A stretch of 64,000 bases of DNA, from contig CAZGJS010000013.1 of NCBI GenBank assembly GCA_964525875.1, positions 10,254-74,253 of the forward strand, read 5' to 3'. This DNA comes from an uncultured Eubacteriales bacterium. GTDB taxonomy: Bacteria > Acidobacteriota > Aminicenantia > Aminicenantales > Saccharicenantaceae. The notes beneath the pieces are model-generated. The model was given only the letters and a program-made list of their open reading frames with translations, made no database searches and was not told where the DNA came from. Made by a program: the position numbers and the translations under genes. Shown in pieces: positions 36,353-46,584 of the stretch; within the stretch, counting starts at the first letter, position 1, and each line of letters begins with the position of its first letter.

Positions 36353-36480
36353 TGGAGCCAGCGAGAGGGATCGAACCTCCGACCTGCTGATTACGAAGGG
36401 ACTGCTCTAGCGTTTCAAATTACTGATAATAAATGTATTAGGTGGGGCGCCCAATCAATTGTGCTCATCTAAGGCGCCGG
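36353..36480 (-). repeat. R2: tRNA-Thr 3'-end copy (46 nt identical) continuing into degenerate pseudo-tRNA and conserved arm
   Basis: tggagcc...ctgattacgaa identical to tRNA; then gggactgctctagcgtttcaaattactgataataaa... shared with R4/R5; second tRNA-3'-like segment at 36504-36533 resembles R6 variant (ctccgacctttgg). Confidence 0.7.
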
Positions 36481-36776
36481 AAGAGGGCGGATTGAATGTC
36501 GTGCCCGAGAGGATATGAATCTCCGACCTTTGGATGTGGAGTCTATTGCCTTTCCTCGCTTTTTTGTGCTCTCGCTCTTTCCACCCGCATAATTGCTGCG
36601 TAGATACCACAACGATATAGCCCGGATGGCATCATCAGTGAATTCTTCGATAGCAAGCCAGCATAAATCTATGAGATTCGCATCATCGACAACCGTAGGC
36701 GCGAGCACCTGACCCGCAAAATACCGCAACTCATCAAAAGAAGGAAACAGACCTGGCCAGAGCGGACGGTAAGCTG

Positions 36777-37325
36777 CTAAAGCCTGATACCGGCAAAAAT
36801 GCCGATGCGGGCGCCTCCCAGCTTGAACTTGACGTCCCCGATTGTCTCCGTTGCGGAGATATACCCAACCTTGACTTCCGCAAAAACGATCTTCCCGGCC
36901 ACGAGCAGACCCGCCTTGGCTTGATAACCGAGTTTCGATCCAAAGAAGCTGGACTCCAGAGCATCTTCGGTGTACATCACATCGGCCAGGCCCGCCTCGA
37001 GCTTAAACATCAGTATCTTTCCTATCCTATCGACGAATCCGAACCCGGCCGAAAGGAAACTCTGCGTCGACCGGGCATCGAAGCCGAAGTCCGGGATTTT
37101 GCCGCTCCTGCTGACGGCCCCGTACCCTCCCATCACATAGAGGCTCCGGTAGATCCTGAAGCCGATCTCAAATTCAGGCTGGACGGCGCCGCTGCCGTAG
37201 ATTGCGCGGTAATTGGCATCCGCATGCTTCAAATAACTCGCCCCGACCGAGAGCAACAAGCGGTCGGCAGCTCGACCCGATCCGGACACGCACAGGAAGA
37301 CAAGAATGAGAGCAACCTTTTTCAT
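36777..37325 (-). CDS. small outer-membrane beta-barrel protein (OmpA-like barrel family)
   Basis: Signal peptide MKKVALILVFLCVSGSGRA; alternating-hydrophobic strands; C-terminal aromatic-rich end. Confidence 0.5.
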   Translation of the reverse strand: MKKVALILVFLCVSGSGRAADRLLLSVGASYLKHADANYRAIYGSGAVQPEFEIGFRIYRSLYVMGGYGAVSRSGKIPDFGFDARSTQSFLSAGFGFVDRIGKILMFKLEAGLADVMYTEDALESSFFGSKLGYQAKAGLLVAGKIVFAEVKVGYISATETIGDVKFKLGGARIGIFAGIRL

Positions 37326-37331
37326 GGCCTT

Positions 37332-40300
37332 CTACCTCTTCACGATTCTACGCAGGGGATCCTTCTCCTGCTTCTGCCGCTGAGGAGAAGGCGCAAGGTC
37401 AAGCCCCTGCGAGGTATAGATCACGAAGCCCCGGCAGTCCAACGCATCGATCCTATAGGCATAACTCACCTTGCTCTCGAGGTACATGTCGGTGTACGTC
37501 CACTGACCTGCCACAGTATCGTCCCACGTGAAAAGTTTAATGCCCCGGTAGGAAGCGCTACCCGCCTTCCGCATCAAGCGAAAGGTGACCGCGCTCTGAG
37601 GCGCCGACAGAGTGACCTCCGCGTTGATCCGGGCATAATCCATCCGCGCGATCCAGGCCCTGACGAATCCGCGCTCGACTTGGAGCTGCGCCGAAACGGA
37701 TAGAGAGATGCCGTGGCCGGTGGCCGTGAAGGGGGCGCTGCCGTTCACGGGATCGTTCGAAAGGATAGAAAAGACGGCGGACACCGGGCCTGTCCCCCCG
37801 GAGGGCAGAAACCCGATCCCAATCTCGGCAGATCCTCCCGGCGCGATGGAGAACGGCGTGGGCGGGCCCAGGTAGCCGAAATCCGAGGACCCGGAGGCCC
37901 ATATAACGCGGTTCACGACCAGGGGAGCGTCACCGTCGTTGTAAAGGAACGTCGTTTCGTAGACGCCCGTACACACGTTCACGTAACCGAAGCTGAGGTC
38001 CCAGATCGGCAGCCTTAGGACGGACTTGTAAGCCGGAGTCGTCAGCGGAACCTCGTCGGAGTACCCGGAGTTCCCGGCTCCGTTATAAGCGCAGACCCTG
38101 TAGAAGTAAGTCGTATTCTCCAGAGCGCTCCTGTCCACGAAAGCATACGAGCCGATCAATGTGCTGCCGATTTGGCTCCAGGCGCCGGCGGCGCCCGTTT
38201 TCCGATCGATCTTGAAACCCGCCGCGTTGAAGGCGTTGTTGAGCCATGTCAAGGTGACCTGGGTGGCCAACGGGGCCGTCGCTTGAAGGCCCGACGGCGC
38301 GATCGGGAGCGACAAGGGAGGTGTTGTCACCGAGGCTTCATTGGATGGGAAAGACTCCGTATGGTCGTGAACCAAGGCCAGGACCCTGTAGAAGTACGTT
38401 GTGTCTTCCGCCACGTAGTTGGTGTCGACATACGATGTCGCGTCATAGGACCGGCGGGCAAGAATCGTCCACGAACCGTTGGCATGGACCTTGCGTTCGA
38501 CGAGATGCTCGATCGCGTGATTCGAATTGTTGACCCAGGAAAGTTCGATCCGCCGTTCGTTGACGGCCGTCGCCGTGAGGTTCGTCGCGGCTGCCGGCCG
38601 CGTGAAGAACAGGCAGGGGATCGAATACTCCGAGTCGCCGAAATCATTGTAGGCCCGGATACGGTAGATATAGGGCCACCCTTCCGTGAGGCCTGTGTCT
38701 TCGTAGGTTATGACATTGGCGTCGACCGTGGCTATCTGGACCCATTCTTGAGGTGGATTATTCTGCCGTTCGATCTTGAAACCGGTTTCGTTTGTCGACT
38801 CGTCGGTCCAGGTTATTTCGATTTCGGCAGTCGTGACATTCCCCTTCCGCAAAAGATAGGGTCCGCAGGGGGGCAAGTCTTCGGAGATCCTGGCGATGAA
38901 CGCGTCGTCGGAGAGCCCTGAAGGTACCGCGCCGGAGGCGGGAATCGCGCCCAGGGAAATGGGGAAGTCGGCCGAGCGCGTGTAACCGGCGACAAACACG
39001 TTCCCGGACCCGTCCGTGGCGACCCCCGCGGCCTCATCGTCTTGCGAGCCGCCGAGATAGCTGCAATAGAGCAAACTCTCGCCGGTGGAGCCGACCGTGG
39101 CCGCAAACGCGTCCGTTAATCCCGCATGAACAAGGAACGGGCCGCCGGTGACCGGGAAATCCGCGGCGGAGGACGTCGAACCGGCGACATAGGCCCGCCC
39201 GGCGAAATCGACCGCGATGGCTTTTCCCTGGTCGTCGCCCGAACCGCCGATGAATCCACAGTAGTAAAGGTTGCCGCCGAGTTCGAAGACTTTGGCCACG
39301 AAGGCGTCGTTGCCGCCGTGATGAACCAGGTCCGGCCCTTCCTTGACGGGAAACAGCGATCCGGAATTGGTCGTCCCCGTGACATAGGCGCTGCCGTGTG
39401 AGTCGACAGCGATCGCGGCTCCGGAGTCGACGCCTGCGCCCCCGATATAGCCGCAGTACTCAATCATGGCCCACGGGTTCACTTTGGCCACGAAGGCGTC
39501 CTGGTTTCCGTTATAGGTGTATGACGGCCCTACCCAGACGCGGAAATTTTCAGTCGGGGAGGAACTCGTGCTGCCTGTGATGTAGGCATATCCCGAGGAG
39601 TCGACGGCGATGCCCGACCCGACGTCTGCCTGCGAGCCGCCGATGTATCCGGAATAGACGAGCGATGTACCTGCGGCATTCACCTCAGTCACGAAAGCGT
39701 CACGGCCCCCTTTGGGCGACGTTTCGGGTCCTGACTTGACCGGGAAATCGCCCGATTCCGTCCAGCCCGTGAGGTAGGCGCGTCCTGAACTATCGACCGC
39801 GATCGCGTTGGCCTGGTCGGACCGGCTCCCGCCGACGAAGCCGGAATAGATGAGTGACGTGCCCTCGGCGTTTACTTTAGTTACGAACGCGTCGCTGTAT
39901 TGCGAGATCTCAGGGCGATGCGTTAAGTATGGGCCGACGAGGACCGGAAAGTCCGAGGAAAACGTCCTTCCCGAAACGTAAGCGTTGCCGGCGGAATCGA
40001 CCGCCACGCCGGTGCCGACATCCTCCGCGATTCCTCCGATGAACCCACAATAGACCAGGGCCGTGCCGTCGGCGGTCACCTTGGCCACGAACGCGTCGCT
40101 TTTCCCCGAGGCGTCGTTGAACGTCAGGTCGGGGCCCGCCGTCACGGGGAAATCGAGGGAGGCGGTCCAACCCGTCAAGTAAGCATTGCCGGAACCGTCG
40201 ACGGCCACCGCCGTTGCGCGGTCGTCCGCGGCGCCTCCAATAAATCCGCAATAAATGACTGTGGCCGGATCGATCACAAGCGGCAGGCTCCGGTCATACG

Positions 40301-41087
40301 CGCCGACCGCAAAGCCAAAGGCAGCGGATGGGTCCGCCGATCCCTCGATCTGGAAAGCGACAGGGACGGGCACTCTGTCTCCGTGACGATCCTGATATGC
40401 GAGGGGCGCTTGATCATGGAAACCGCCCAGGGGTGTGTCCACCTCGAGCTGCCTTCCGGCATTGACCGCGACTCGTGAGGCCCCACGATAGGCCAGCCGG
40501 ATCGTCGAGGGGTCGACCCCCGGCTGGACGACAAACTCATACTTGAGACAATCGGTGCTGCCCGAATACGCGAGGTCGACTCCCGGCCAGAGATTCCTAT
40601 AAACGATCCGGGAATAAGACGGGAGGCCCGATTTCCATTCATCCGGACGGCCCCTAAAATAGGAGATGACCGATCCGGTCTTCTCGTCTCCACAGGGCAT
40701 CACACCGGCGGCAACCCCGAGGAAGTCCAGTTTGACGGTCCAGCGGCTCTTCTGATCGTGCTTGTTCATTAAGAAGGGGCCAGCCATAGGGAAGATTGGC
40801 GCGGCCTTCTCGGGCGTGGCGAAACGCATGAGAGATATCGAGACTCCCGTGGGCCCAAAATAGATACATGTGTCCCGGCCCGCGACGTAATAGATCACGC
40901 TGTTGTCGAGTTGGCCCTCGTTTGGGATAAAAGAAAGGGACATCCGTCCGAATTTGGCGTCTGTTCGTGGGGCGCCGGCATTGAGATTCCACCCCGCTGT
41001 GTCTGCCGGCTGCGGACGTTCGGCTATCGAGCCTGAGGATGCTCCGAAAATAAGGCAACCCAAAACCGACGTGATAATGGTCTTCAT
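37332..41087 (-). CDS. large secreted SBBP beta-propeller-repeat / fibronectin type III domain protein
   Basis: ATG 41087 (MKTIITSVLGCLIFGASSGS), RBS AGGGAAG; >8 repeats of AxDxxGNAYxTGxTxSxDFPV (SBBP); two FN3-like modules; 1251 aa. Confidence 0.65.
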   Translation of the reverse strand: MKTIITSVLGCLIFGASSGSIAERPQPADTAGWNLNAGAPRTDAKFGRMSLSFIPNEGQLDNSVIYYVAGRDTCIYFGPTGVSISLMRFATPEKAAPIFPMAGPFLMNKHDQKSRWTVKLDFLGVAAGVMPCGDEKTGSVISYFRGRPDEWKSGLPSYSRIVYRNLWPGVDLAYSGSTDCLKYEFVVQPGVDPSTIRLAYRGASRVAVNAGRQLEVDTPLGGFHDQAPLAYQDRHGDRVPVPVAFQIEGSADPSAAFGFAVGAYDRSLPLVIDPATVIYCGFIGGAADDRATAVAVDGSGNAYLTGWTASLDFPVTAGPDLTFNDASGKSDAFVAKVTADGTALVYCGFIGGIAEDVGTGVAVDSAGNAYVSGRTFSSDFPVLVGPYLTHRPEISQYSDAFVTKVNAEGTSLIYSGFVGGSRSDQANAIAVDSSGRAYLTGWTESGDFPVKSGPETSPKGGRDAFVTEVNAAGTSLVYSGYIGGSQADVGSGIAVDSSGYAYITGSTSSSPTENFRVWVGPSYTYNGNQDAFVAKVNPWAMIEYCGYIGGAGVDSGAAIAVDSHGSAYVTGTTNSGSLFPVKEGPDLVHHGGNDAFVAKVFELGGNLYYCGFIGGSGDDQGKAIAVDFAGRAYVAGSTSSAADFPVTGGPFLVHAGLTDAFAATVGSTGESLLYCSYLGGSQDDEAAGVATDGSGNVFVAGYTRSADFPISLGAIPASGAVPSGLSDDAFIARISEDLPPCGPYLLRKGNVTTAEIEITWTDESTNETGFKIERQNNPPQEWVQIATVDANVITYEDTGLTEGWPYIYRIRAYNDFGDSEYSIPCLFFTRPAAATNLTATAVNERRIELSWVNNSNHAIEHLVERKVHANGSWTILARRSYDATSYVDTNYVAEDTTYFYRVLALVHDHTESFPSNEASVTTPPLSLPIAPSGLQATAPLATQVTLTWLNNAFNAAGFKIDRKTGAAGAWSQIGSTLIGSYAFVDRSALENTTYFYRVCAYNGAGNSGYSDEVPLTTPAYKSVLRLPIWDLSFGYVNVCTGVYETTFLYNDGDAPLVVNRVIWASGSSDFGYLGPPTPFSIAPGGSAEIGIGFLPSGGTGPVSAVFSILSNDPVNGSAPFTATGHGISLSVSAQLQVERGFVRAWIARMDYARINAEVTLSAPQSAVTFRLMRKAGSASYRGIKLFTWDDTVAGQWTYTDMYLESKVSYAYRIDALDCRGFVIYTSQGLDLAPSPQRQKQEKDPLRRIVKR

Positions 41088-41239
41088 GGTCGCTTCCCTA
41101 TTTCCATTCGAACCACGCTCACTTTTAAAGACTGGCAGCAATCCCCCTCTTAGCTAACAGTATCTCCGGTCTCGATCCCATGTCAAGAGCCTGAGCCCGG
41201 GTCCGAATACGGTCTGCATATCGAGGAGCCAACGAGCGG

Positions 41240-41290
41240 CTGGGCCGACGAGACTCGAACTCGCGACCTCCGGCGTGACAGGCCTTGCGA
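41240..41290 (-). other. tRNA-derived 3' fragment (T-arm + acceptor-like), possible second att scar
   Basis: Minus-sense ...GGTCGCGAGTTCGAGTCTCGTCGGCCCAGCC: T-loop TTCGAGT with GCGAG/CTCGT stem and 7-nt acceptor-like strand; no matching 5' half nearby. Confidence 0.3.
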
Positions 41291-41309
41291 GGAGTCGCTT
41301 AATATCGGC

Positions 41310-41852
41310 CTATTTCTTCTTTTCCGCTATCGGCCTCAGCTCCATGCCGAGCTGCTGATAAAAATCCAGATAATTTTCGACTGCCCAGAATTCCTTGACT
41401 TTCCCGTCGGCGATAACGAATAGGCATTGGGCCGGCACTGTCACTTCTTTGCCCGTCGGGGGGATCCCCTCATATTCGGCTTTGTGAGTCCCATTTTGAT
41501 TGAGCCTAACCGCTACATTGTCGCCCTCTGCAACAAGAGTCTCGATTTTGTGTCTCCAATCCGGGAAGGCGGCATAATGAGTTTTTGCTACTTGAGATAG
41601 CACGTCGATCCTCAACGGCTCGGGCAGCCCGGGAGACTGAAACGAAAAATCGTCTGCGGAAAGTTCCTTCATGCGCGAGTAGTCTTGAGCGTCAATGGCT
41701 TCGAAAAACTGACGCACGATGGCTTTGTTCTGGTCCTCTATTTGAGCCAGGTTTTTTGCTTTCTCAAGCTCGGCCATTGCCGCCTTGTCCTGGCAAGCGA
41801 TGGTGAAACAAAACAGAAGGACCAAGGGACCGGCACAGAGATACTTTTTCAT
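41310..41852 (-). CDS. SnoaL-like/NTF2-fold ester cyclase-type lipoprotein (low GC)
   Basis: Signal peptide/lipobox LLFCFTIAC; SnoaL-like polyketide cyclase fold motifs; GC ~50% vs ~67% host. Confidence 0.5.
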   Translation of the reverse strand: MKKYLCAGPLVLLFCFTIACQDKAAMAELEKAKNLAQIEDQNKAIVRQFFEAIDAQDYSRMKELSADDFSFQSPGLPEPLRIDVLSQVAKTHYAAFPDWRHKIETLVAEGDNVAVRLNQNGTHKAEYEGIPPTGKEVTVPAQCLFVIADGKVKEFWAVENYLDFYQQLGMELRPIAEKKK

Positions 41853-42233
41853 TATTTCCCTCCAATTAAGCTGTCCTGAGTATCGACCTTTGGTCGCTGG
41901 TTGTCAAGAACGTGGGTTTACCTGGCTGTCCATCCGACAAGACCCTAGCTCTTAGCCGCCTAGGAATGTGGCCAGAAAAAAATTTCCCGGGTACTCGGAG
42001 CATAGGTTGGATGCTCCCGGCTCGAACCCAGCACCTTTTTCGTTATCACGCCCCTTGAAAATCCACTCTGGGACCCGCCCTTGCTGGCCTTCGTCCGGCG
42101 TCCTGGTGGGGATGCAGACTCCGCCCCGTGTAACGCCGGTGTAACAGATTTTTCTAAATCCCCGTAGTTGACTCCGCCTCCCAGCCGGCAGTATAGTTTC
42201 ATCATAGGTAAGGGGTTATTTCGGGAGAAAACT

Positions 42234-43193
42234 ATGCAAGAAAACAAGACCATGCCAGTAATCCGTCTTGCGGCCTGCCTGATACTATGCCTAAGCCTGC
42301 CGGCCCCAGCTCAAACTCCGGAGACGCCTCCACCCCCATCGATGAAGGCAAGGACCCTGGCCCGTCCTGACCTGGTTCTCCACTACAAGGACTACGGCCA
42401 GGGGGAGCCCGTGCTGGTGCTCATGGGCGGCCCGGGGTTTTCTGGCGAAGGCATGGAACCCGTGGCCCGGATAATAGCCAAACGGGGCCGGGCTATCGTT
42501 CCGGACCAACGTGGTTCGGGGGGTTCCATGCCTAAAGACCCCAAGGCTATCACCTTGGACGCCACCATCGCTGACCTGGAGGCCCTTCGAAAGGAGCTGG
42601 GCCTGGAAAAATGGACCGTGTGGGGTTGCTCCTGGGGCGGCATGATGGCTTTGGACTATGCATCAAAATCCCCGTCGAGCATCAAGGGCCTCGTCCTAGT
42701 GGGCTCCGGCGGGGCCTCTTGGGCCTTTGCCAAAGCCTTTTCCGACAATATGAAAGCACGTATGAGCGCCGATGACCTGAGCGCTCAGAGATATTGGTCA
42801 CAACCCGACGTGGTATCGAAAGACCCCACGCGAGCTACCATTGAAGGAATGCGTGCCATCCTGCCCTCCCAGTTCTACGACCGCACAAAGGCGCACGAAG
42901 CTATTGCCATCCTGAAGGCCGGGAAGGAGCACTACAATACTGAGGCCGGCGACCACCTGAGCCCCGCCTATGAGGAGGGAGCACTTTCCCGCATTGAGGC
43001 CCTGAGGAAGCTGAACATTCCTGCCCTAATCCTCCATGGCCGCCAGGACCCCATGCCCGAATGTGTGGCGCTCGAAAACCAAAAACTTCTCAAGGGCAGC
43101 CGTCTTGTGTGGCTCGATAGATGTGGCCACTGGCCATGGATAGAGCAGCCCGCTGCAGTCGAAAAGGCGCTGTTCGAGTTCCTGTTCAGGTGA
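42234..43193 (+). CDS. alpha/beta hydrolase (secreted)
   Basis: ATG 42234; signal peptide; nucleophile elbow GCSWGG, HGxxD region LILHGRQD; low-GC. Confidence 0.65.
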   Translation: MQENKTMPVIRLAACLILCLSLPAPAQTPETPPPPSMKARTLARPDLVLHYKDYGQGEPVLVLMGGPGFSGEGMEPVARIIAKRGRAIVPDQRGSGGSMPKDPKAITLDATIADLEALRKELGLEKWTVWGCSWGGMMALDYASKSPSSIKGLVLVGSGGASWAFAKAFSDNMKARMSADDLSAQRYWSQPDVVSKDPTRATIEGMRAILPSQFYDRTKAHEAIAILKAGKEHYNTEAGDHLSPAYEEGALSRIEALRKLNIPALILHGRQDPMPECVALENQKLLKGSRLVWLDRCGHWPWIEQPAAVEKALFEFLFR

Positions 43194-43225
43194 GGCGAAC
43201 CCAGCTTACGGTTTCTTGAGGCCGA

Positions 43226-43720
43226 CTATTTTCCATCGGAGCCATCCCTCTTGTCGAGGGAATAGGCGTTCCATTCGAATTGCCAAGTCTTCTTTTCAGA
43301 CAGTTTCAAGATGCACATGCCTTTGCCGGTCTGTTCGATCTTCTCTCCGCCAGCCAACGGCGTCATCTGTTGCACGAAGCTGTAGCTTGCAGCAACGCGG
43401 TCCCCGATGAATCTGATGTCGATGAACTTGAAATCCTCGTGGAAGTCATATGTTTTGTATAGATCAGCCATAGTAGTCCGAATCCATTCTTTGCCATAAA
43501 GAATGGGCTCGTCAGGAGGGATGGTGATCATATCGGATGTGTAATACTGCAAGATGCCTTCGATGTCCTTGGCGTTAATGGCAGCACGGTGCCCGGTTTC
43601 CATGGCTCGAAGTTGTTCTTCCACGGCAACAGCGTCCAGGGCGGGATTTTCGGCGGGTTTCGAGCAACCTGAGGCAAAGATAACCAATCCAATAGCAAAT
43701 GCATAACCAACGCTTCTCAT
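43226..43720 (-). CDS. NTF2-like (DUF4440/SnoaL-like) lipoprotein
   Basis: Lipobox VIFASGC; NTF2-fold pattern; low-GC. Confidence 0.45.
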   Translation of the reverse strand: MRSVGYAFAIGLVIFASGCSKPAENPALDAVAVEEQLRAMETGHRAAINAKDIEGILQYYTSDMITIPPDEPILYGKEWIRTTMADLYKTYDFHEDFKFIDIRFIGDRVAASYSFVQQMTPLAGGEKIEQTGKGMCILKLSEKKTWQFEWNAYSLDKRDGSDGK

Positions 43721-44187
43721 TTTTGAATCCCCTCCTTGATTACTGATGAGGTCATTGAACTTCGGTTGATTGCCCTTGTCAAGCCGAGTATGTGTCAGAC
43801 CAGTTAGGGCCCTCCCAAAAAAATCCTCTCTGGACGATTTCTATGCGAAAAGCAGATGCCATGTTCGAAGGGCCCCTTTAGTGAAAAAATATGATAAATT
43901 TCCGCAGAGAATTACAATCACGGGTCAGCGCACGAGCGGCCAGGCCGCCCCATACCCCCCTCCCGGGAGCGCCAGAGCTCGCTGAGACTAACGGAGCCAC
44001 CCACTCAGGTGGATCTCCAACTCCGGCCTTCCAGGTTGCCGCCGGCTGTCGGTGCCGCCACGAGCCAGCCAGCGGTCCGTCGGAAGGGCTGCGCCATCGG
44101 GCGCCGATGACCGGCCAAGGCCTGAAGCCAATTGAGGGGCTGCGAGGGGACTGTCGACTTTTTGTCGTGTTGAACGCTAATAATGGC

Positions 44188-45009
44188 TTAAAACAGCTTA
44201 AAGGGACTGAAAGCCCGAACGTGCGTATTCCGACGATTCCGGCCACCCATTCCGAACGAAGGCGGCCACATGTCGGAGCGGAGCGACGCTGGGCAACTTC
44301 TATGTACCTGAGTGGCCGGAATAGGCCCGGCGTTGTGGACGAGCCGGTCGAGGATGGCGTCGGCCAGGGTCGGGTCGCCGATCATCTCGTGCCAGCCTGA
44401 GACCGGCAGCTGACCGGTGACGATCGTGGAGCGGACGTCGTGGCGGTCCTCAAGGATCTCCAGGATATCGCGCCGGCCGTGGTCGTCCAAGGGGGCCAGG
44501 CCCCAGTCGTCGATAAGCAAGAGGTCCATCCGCGCCAAGCCGGCCAGGACCTTGCCGTAACGGCCGTCGCCCCGGGCGATGTGGAGCTCCTGGAGGAGCC
44601 GGGGCAGCCGCACGTAGAGCGTTCGATAGCCCTCCCGGCAGGCCTTGTTGCCCAGGGCGCAGGCGAGATAGCTCTTGCCCACGCCTGTCGGCCCGGTGAT
44701 GAGGATGTTCTGTCGCTCCTTGATCCAGCGACAAGAGACAAGCTCCAGCAGAAGTCCCTTGTCGAGGCCGCGGGGCTGGCGGTAGTCGATGTCCTCGACG
44801 CAGGCTGTAAGGCGAAGCCGGGCCATCTTCAGCCGGACGCGAAGTCTCAGGTCGCGCCGCTCCGTCATCTCCCGGTCGACCAAGAGGCCGAAGCGCTCCT
44901 CGAAGCTAAGCTCCCTGAGGTCCGTCATCCGCATCTGCTCTTCCCAGCCCCTGGCCATACCCCAGAGCCTCAGACTATAGAGCTTCTCCAGAGTCGGATG
45001 GGCTAACAT
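44188..45009 (-). pseudogene. istB: IS21 helper ATPase IstB, C-terminally corrupted
   Basis: Conserved through ...ADAILDRLVHNA then diverges (GPIPATQ...) instead of canonical HRIELKGESMRK ending. Confidence 0.7.
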
Positions 45010-45422
45010 GAGGGCTTCTCCTCGAAGTAGGCGGCGCCGCGGATATTGGGATGAGCGATCGTCCTGGGCTCGGCCGCGATGTCGGCGGCGCGGTCAAGCC
45101 CGCACTTCAGGATCGAGGCCAGGCTCCGGTAGCTCAGGGCCCCGAAGCGAAGGGCCCTCTCCGCCGCGGCCTCGAGCCGCTCCGGCCCGTAGATCTTGCC
45201 CAGCCGCATGATCCCCAAGGCTGAACGGAAGCCCTGCTGGGGATGAGGCTTGGAGGCGATGATCCTCTCGACGAGCTCCCGTGTCGCCGGGCCGGCCGCG
45301 CGAGACCGACATCGTCTTCGCCGCCGCGCTCGGCCGCCTGACGGGGCCGATCGAGCGGAACCGGATTCCAGGGTTTTCCTTGTAGGCGAACAAAGCCCCT
45401 TCGCGGGACGTCGAATCGTCAA
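45003..45422 (-). pseudogene. istA: IS21 transposase IstA, C-terminal ~130-aa fragment only
   Basis: Matches IstA C-terminus (…RSALGIMRLGKIYGPERLEAAAERALRFGALSYRSLASILK…NIRGAAYF); DDE catalytic region absent. Confidence 0.65.
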
Positions 45423-45477
45423 TGGGAAAGGCGGGATATTGTTGCGGGACTTCTAATGTCGGGAGCGGGGTGGCGGC

Positions 45478-46584
45478 TCAGGGAGTGCGGCTCGACGACC
45501 CGAGCCTCGTCAAGGCAGGATCCCCCGGCCGAAATGGGCCGTCGGCCGACGCGGGATAGGGCCGGAGCGCCACGGAGATGTCTCCGCCGTTCGCGAACGG
45601 ACTCGCCTGGAAAAACGACGAAATGGACAGGGTTTCGTGGCCCTTCCCCATGCAGGACAGGACTCCCTCGAATGGTTCATATGGCCCCGACGTGGGGATT
45701 TCCACGAGCGTGTAGTGGTTTTTCTTGGTGAACCGGGGCTCTGCCACGGCGGGCTCCAGGAAGTTTCTCTGGCCCCCACCCCCCGTAATGATCATGAGGA
45801 CGCCGTTGTGGACCATGGACGCGTGAACGTGTCTGTGGCCGAAGGCGGCCAGGACGACGTTGTGGCGGGCGAGAATGTCAAGGAATTCCCCCTCGTTTTC
45901 GAGCCGCGGGGTAAAGAGGGAGGACAGGCCCGGATTGATCCTCTTGAACGGAGCCTTCGGCGGAACGTGGGCGAAAAAGAATTTTCTCGACGGGTAGGGC
46001 GCCTTCAGCTTGTCTTCGAGCCAGCCCAGCTGCTCCCGGCTGAAACCGAAATCCCCATCCCCGCGGACGTTGCTCATGAACACGAAGCGCATGTCGTCCC
46101 TGTCGAAGAAGAAATCCTTATCGCCGAAGAAGGCCCTCGAAATCCGCTCGCCTTCCTCCCTGACGTCATGGTTCCCGTCGACATGGAGGATGGGGCAGGG
46201 AGGATCGCTGATGGTCTCGAGGTACGTGCCGTAGTAATCGACGACGGGCGAGACGACCCGGTCTCCCAGATGGACGATGAACGACGGACGCGGATCGAGA
46301 GTGGCGATCTCGTCGAGAAAGGTCCGGAAGGTCTCGTTGTTGTCGGAAATCGTGTCCCCGATGATGACGAACCTCAAATCTCCTCCATCGTTTTGGGCTG
46401 AGATCGCCCGCGCGGCTTCGCCGTTGGTCGGGACGATGCCCCGGAGCTCGTCGGGGACGGAGCTCAGCTCAGCGTTTTCCCGGAACCGGGACAGGTCATA
46501 TCCCCCGTCTCCGAGGGAGTACTTGCATCGGCCCGTGAGAAGGGCTATAAAAAAAAGCATATATATTATTCTCTTTCGGAACAT
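45478..46584 (-). CDS. calcineurin-like metallophosphoesterase (secreted/lipoprotein)
   Basis: Motifs GDTISDN, HLGDRV, GNHD, GHRHVH. Confidence 0.7.
   Translation of the reverse strand: MFRKRIIYMLFFIALLTGRCKYSLGDGGYDLSRFRENAELSSVPDELRGIVPTNGEAARAISAQNDGGDLRFVIIGDTISDNNETFRTFLDEIATLDPRPSFIVHLGDRVVSPVVDYYGTYLETISDPPCPILHVDGNHDVREEGERISRAFFGDKDFFFDRDDMRFVFMSNVRGDGDFGFSREQLGWLEDKLKAPYPSRKFFFAHVPPKAPFKRINPGLSSLFTPRLENEGEFLDILARHNVVLAAFGHRHVHASMVHNGVLMIITGGGGQRNFLEPAVAEPRFTKKNHYTLVEIPTSGPYEPFEGVLSCMGKGHETLSISSFFQASPFANGGDISVALRPYPASADGPFRPGDPALTRLGSSSRTP

Larger units (their letters stand above)
44153..45422 (-). mobile_element. IS21-family insertion sequence remnant (istA C-terminal fragment + 3'-truncated istB + terminal repeat)
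   Basis: IstB Walker A GPTGVGKSYLACALG and LLIDDWG; IstA C-terminal fragment only; terminal TGTCGAC... repeat at 44153-44217. Confidence 0.75.

Noticed and set aside
36469-36729. 86-aa ORF (MRYFAGQVLAPTVVDDANLIDLCWLAIEEF...) on the minus strand in island 2
   Set aside because: There is no recognisable domain. It partly overlaps the R2 arm region. It could be a gene fragment but there is insufficient evidence.
43878-44246. 122-aa ORF spanning the IS21 terminal repeat, and its look-alike at the N-terminus of 35679..36329 (FKPFLVFNTTKSRHQ)
   Set aside because: The shared peptide arises from translating the IS terminal repeat. The flavodoxin gene's real start is the ATG at 36155 with a GGAGGAG RBS.
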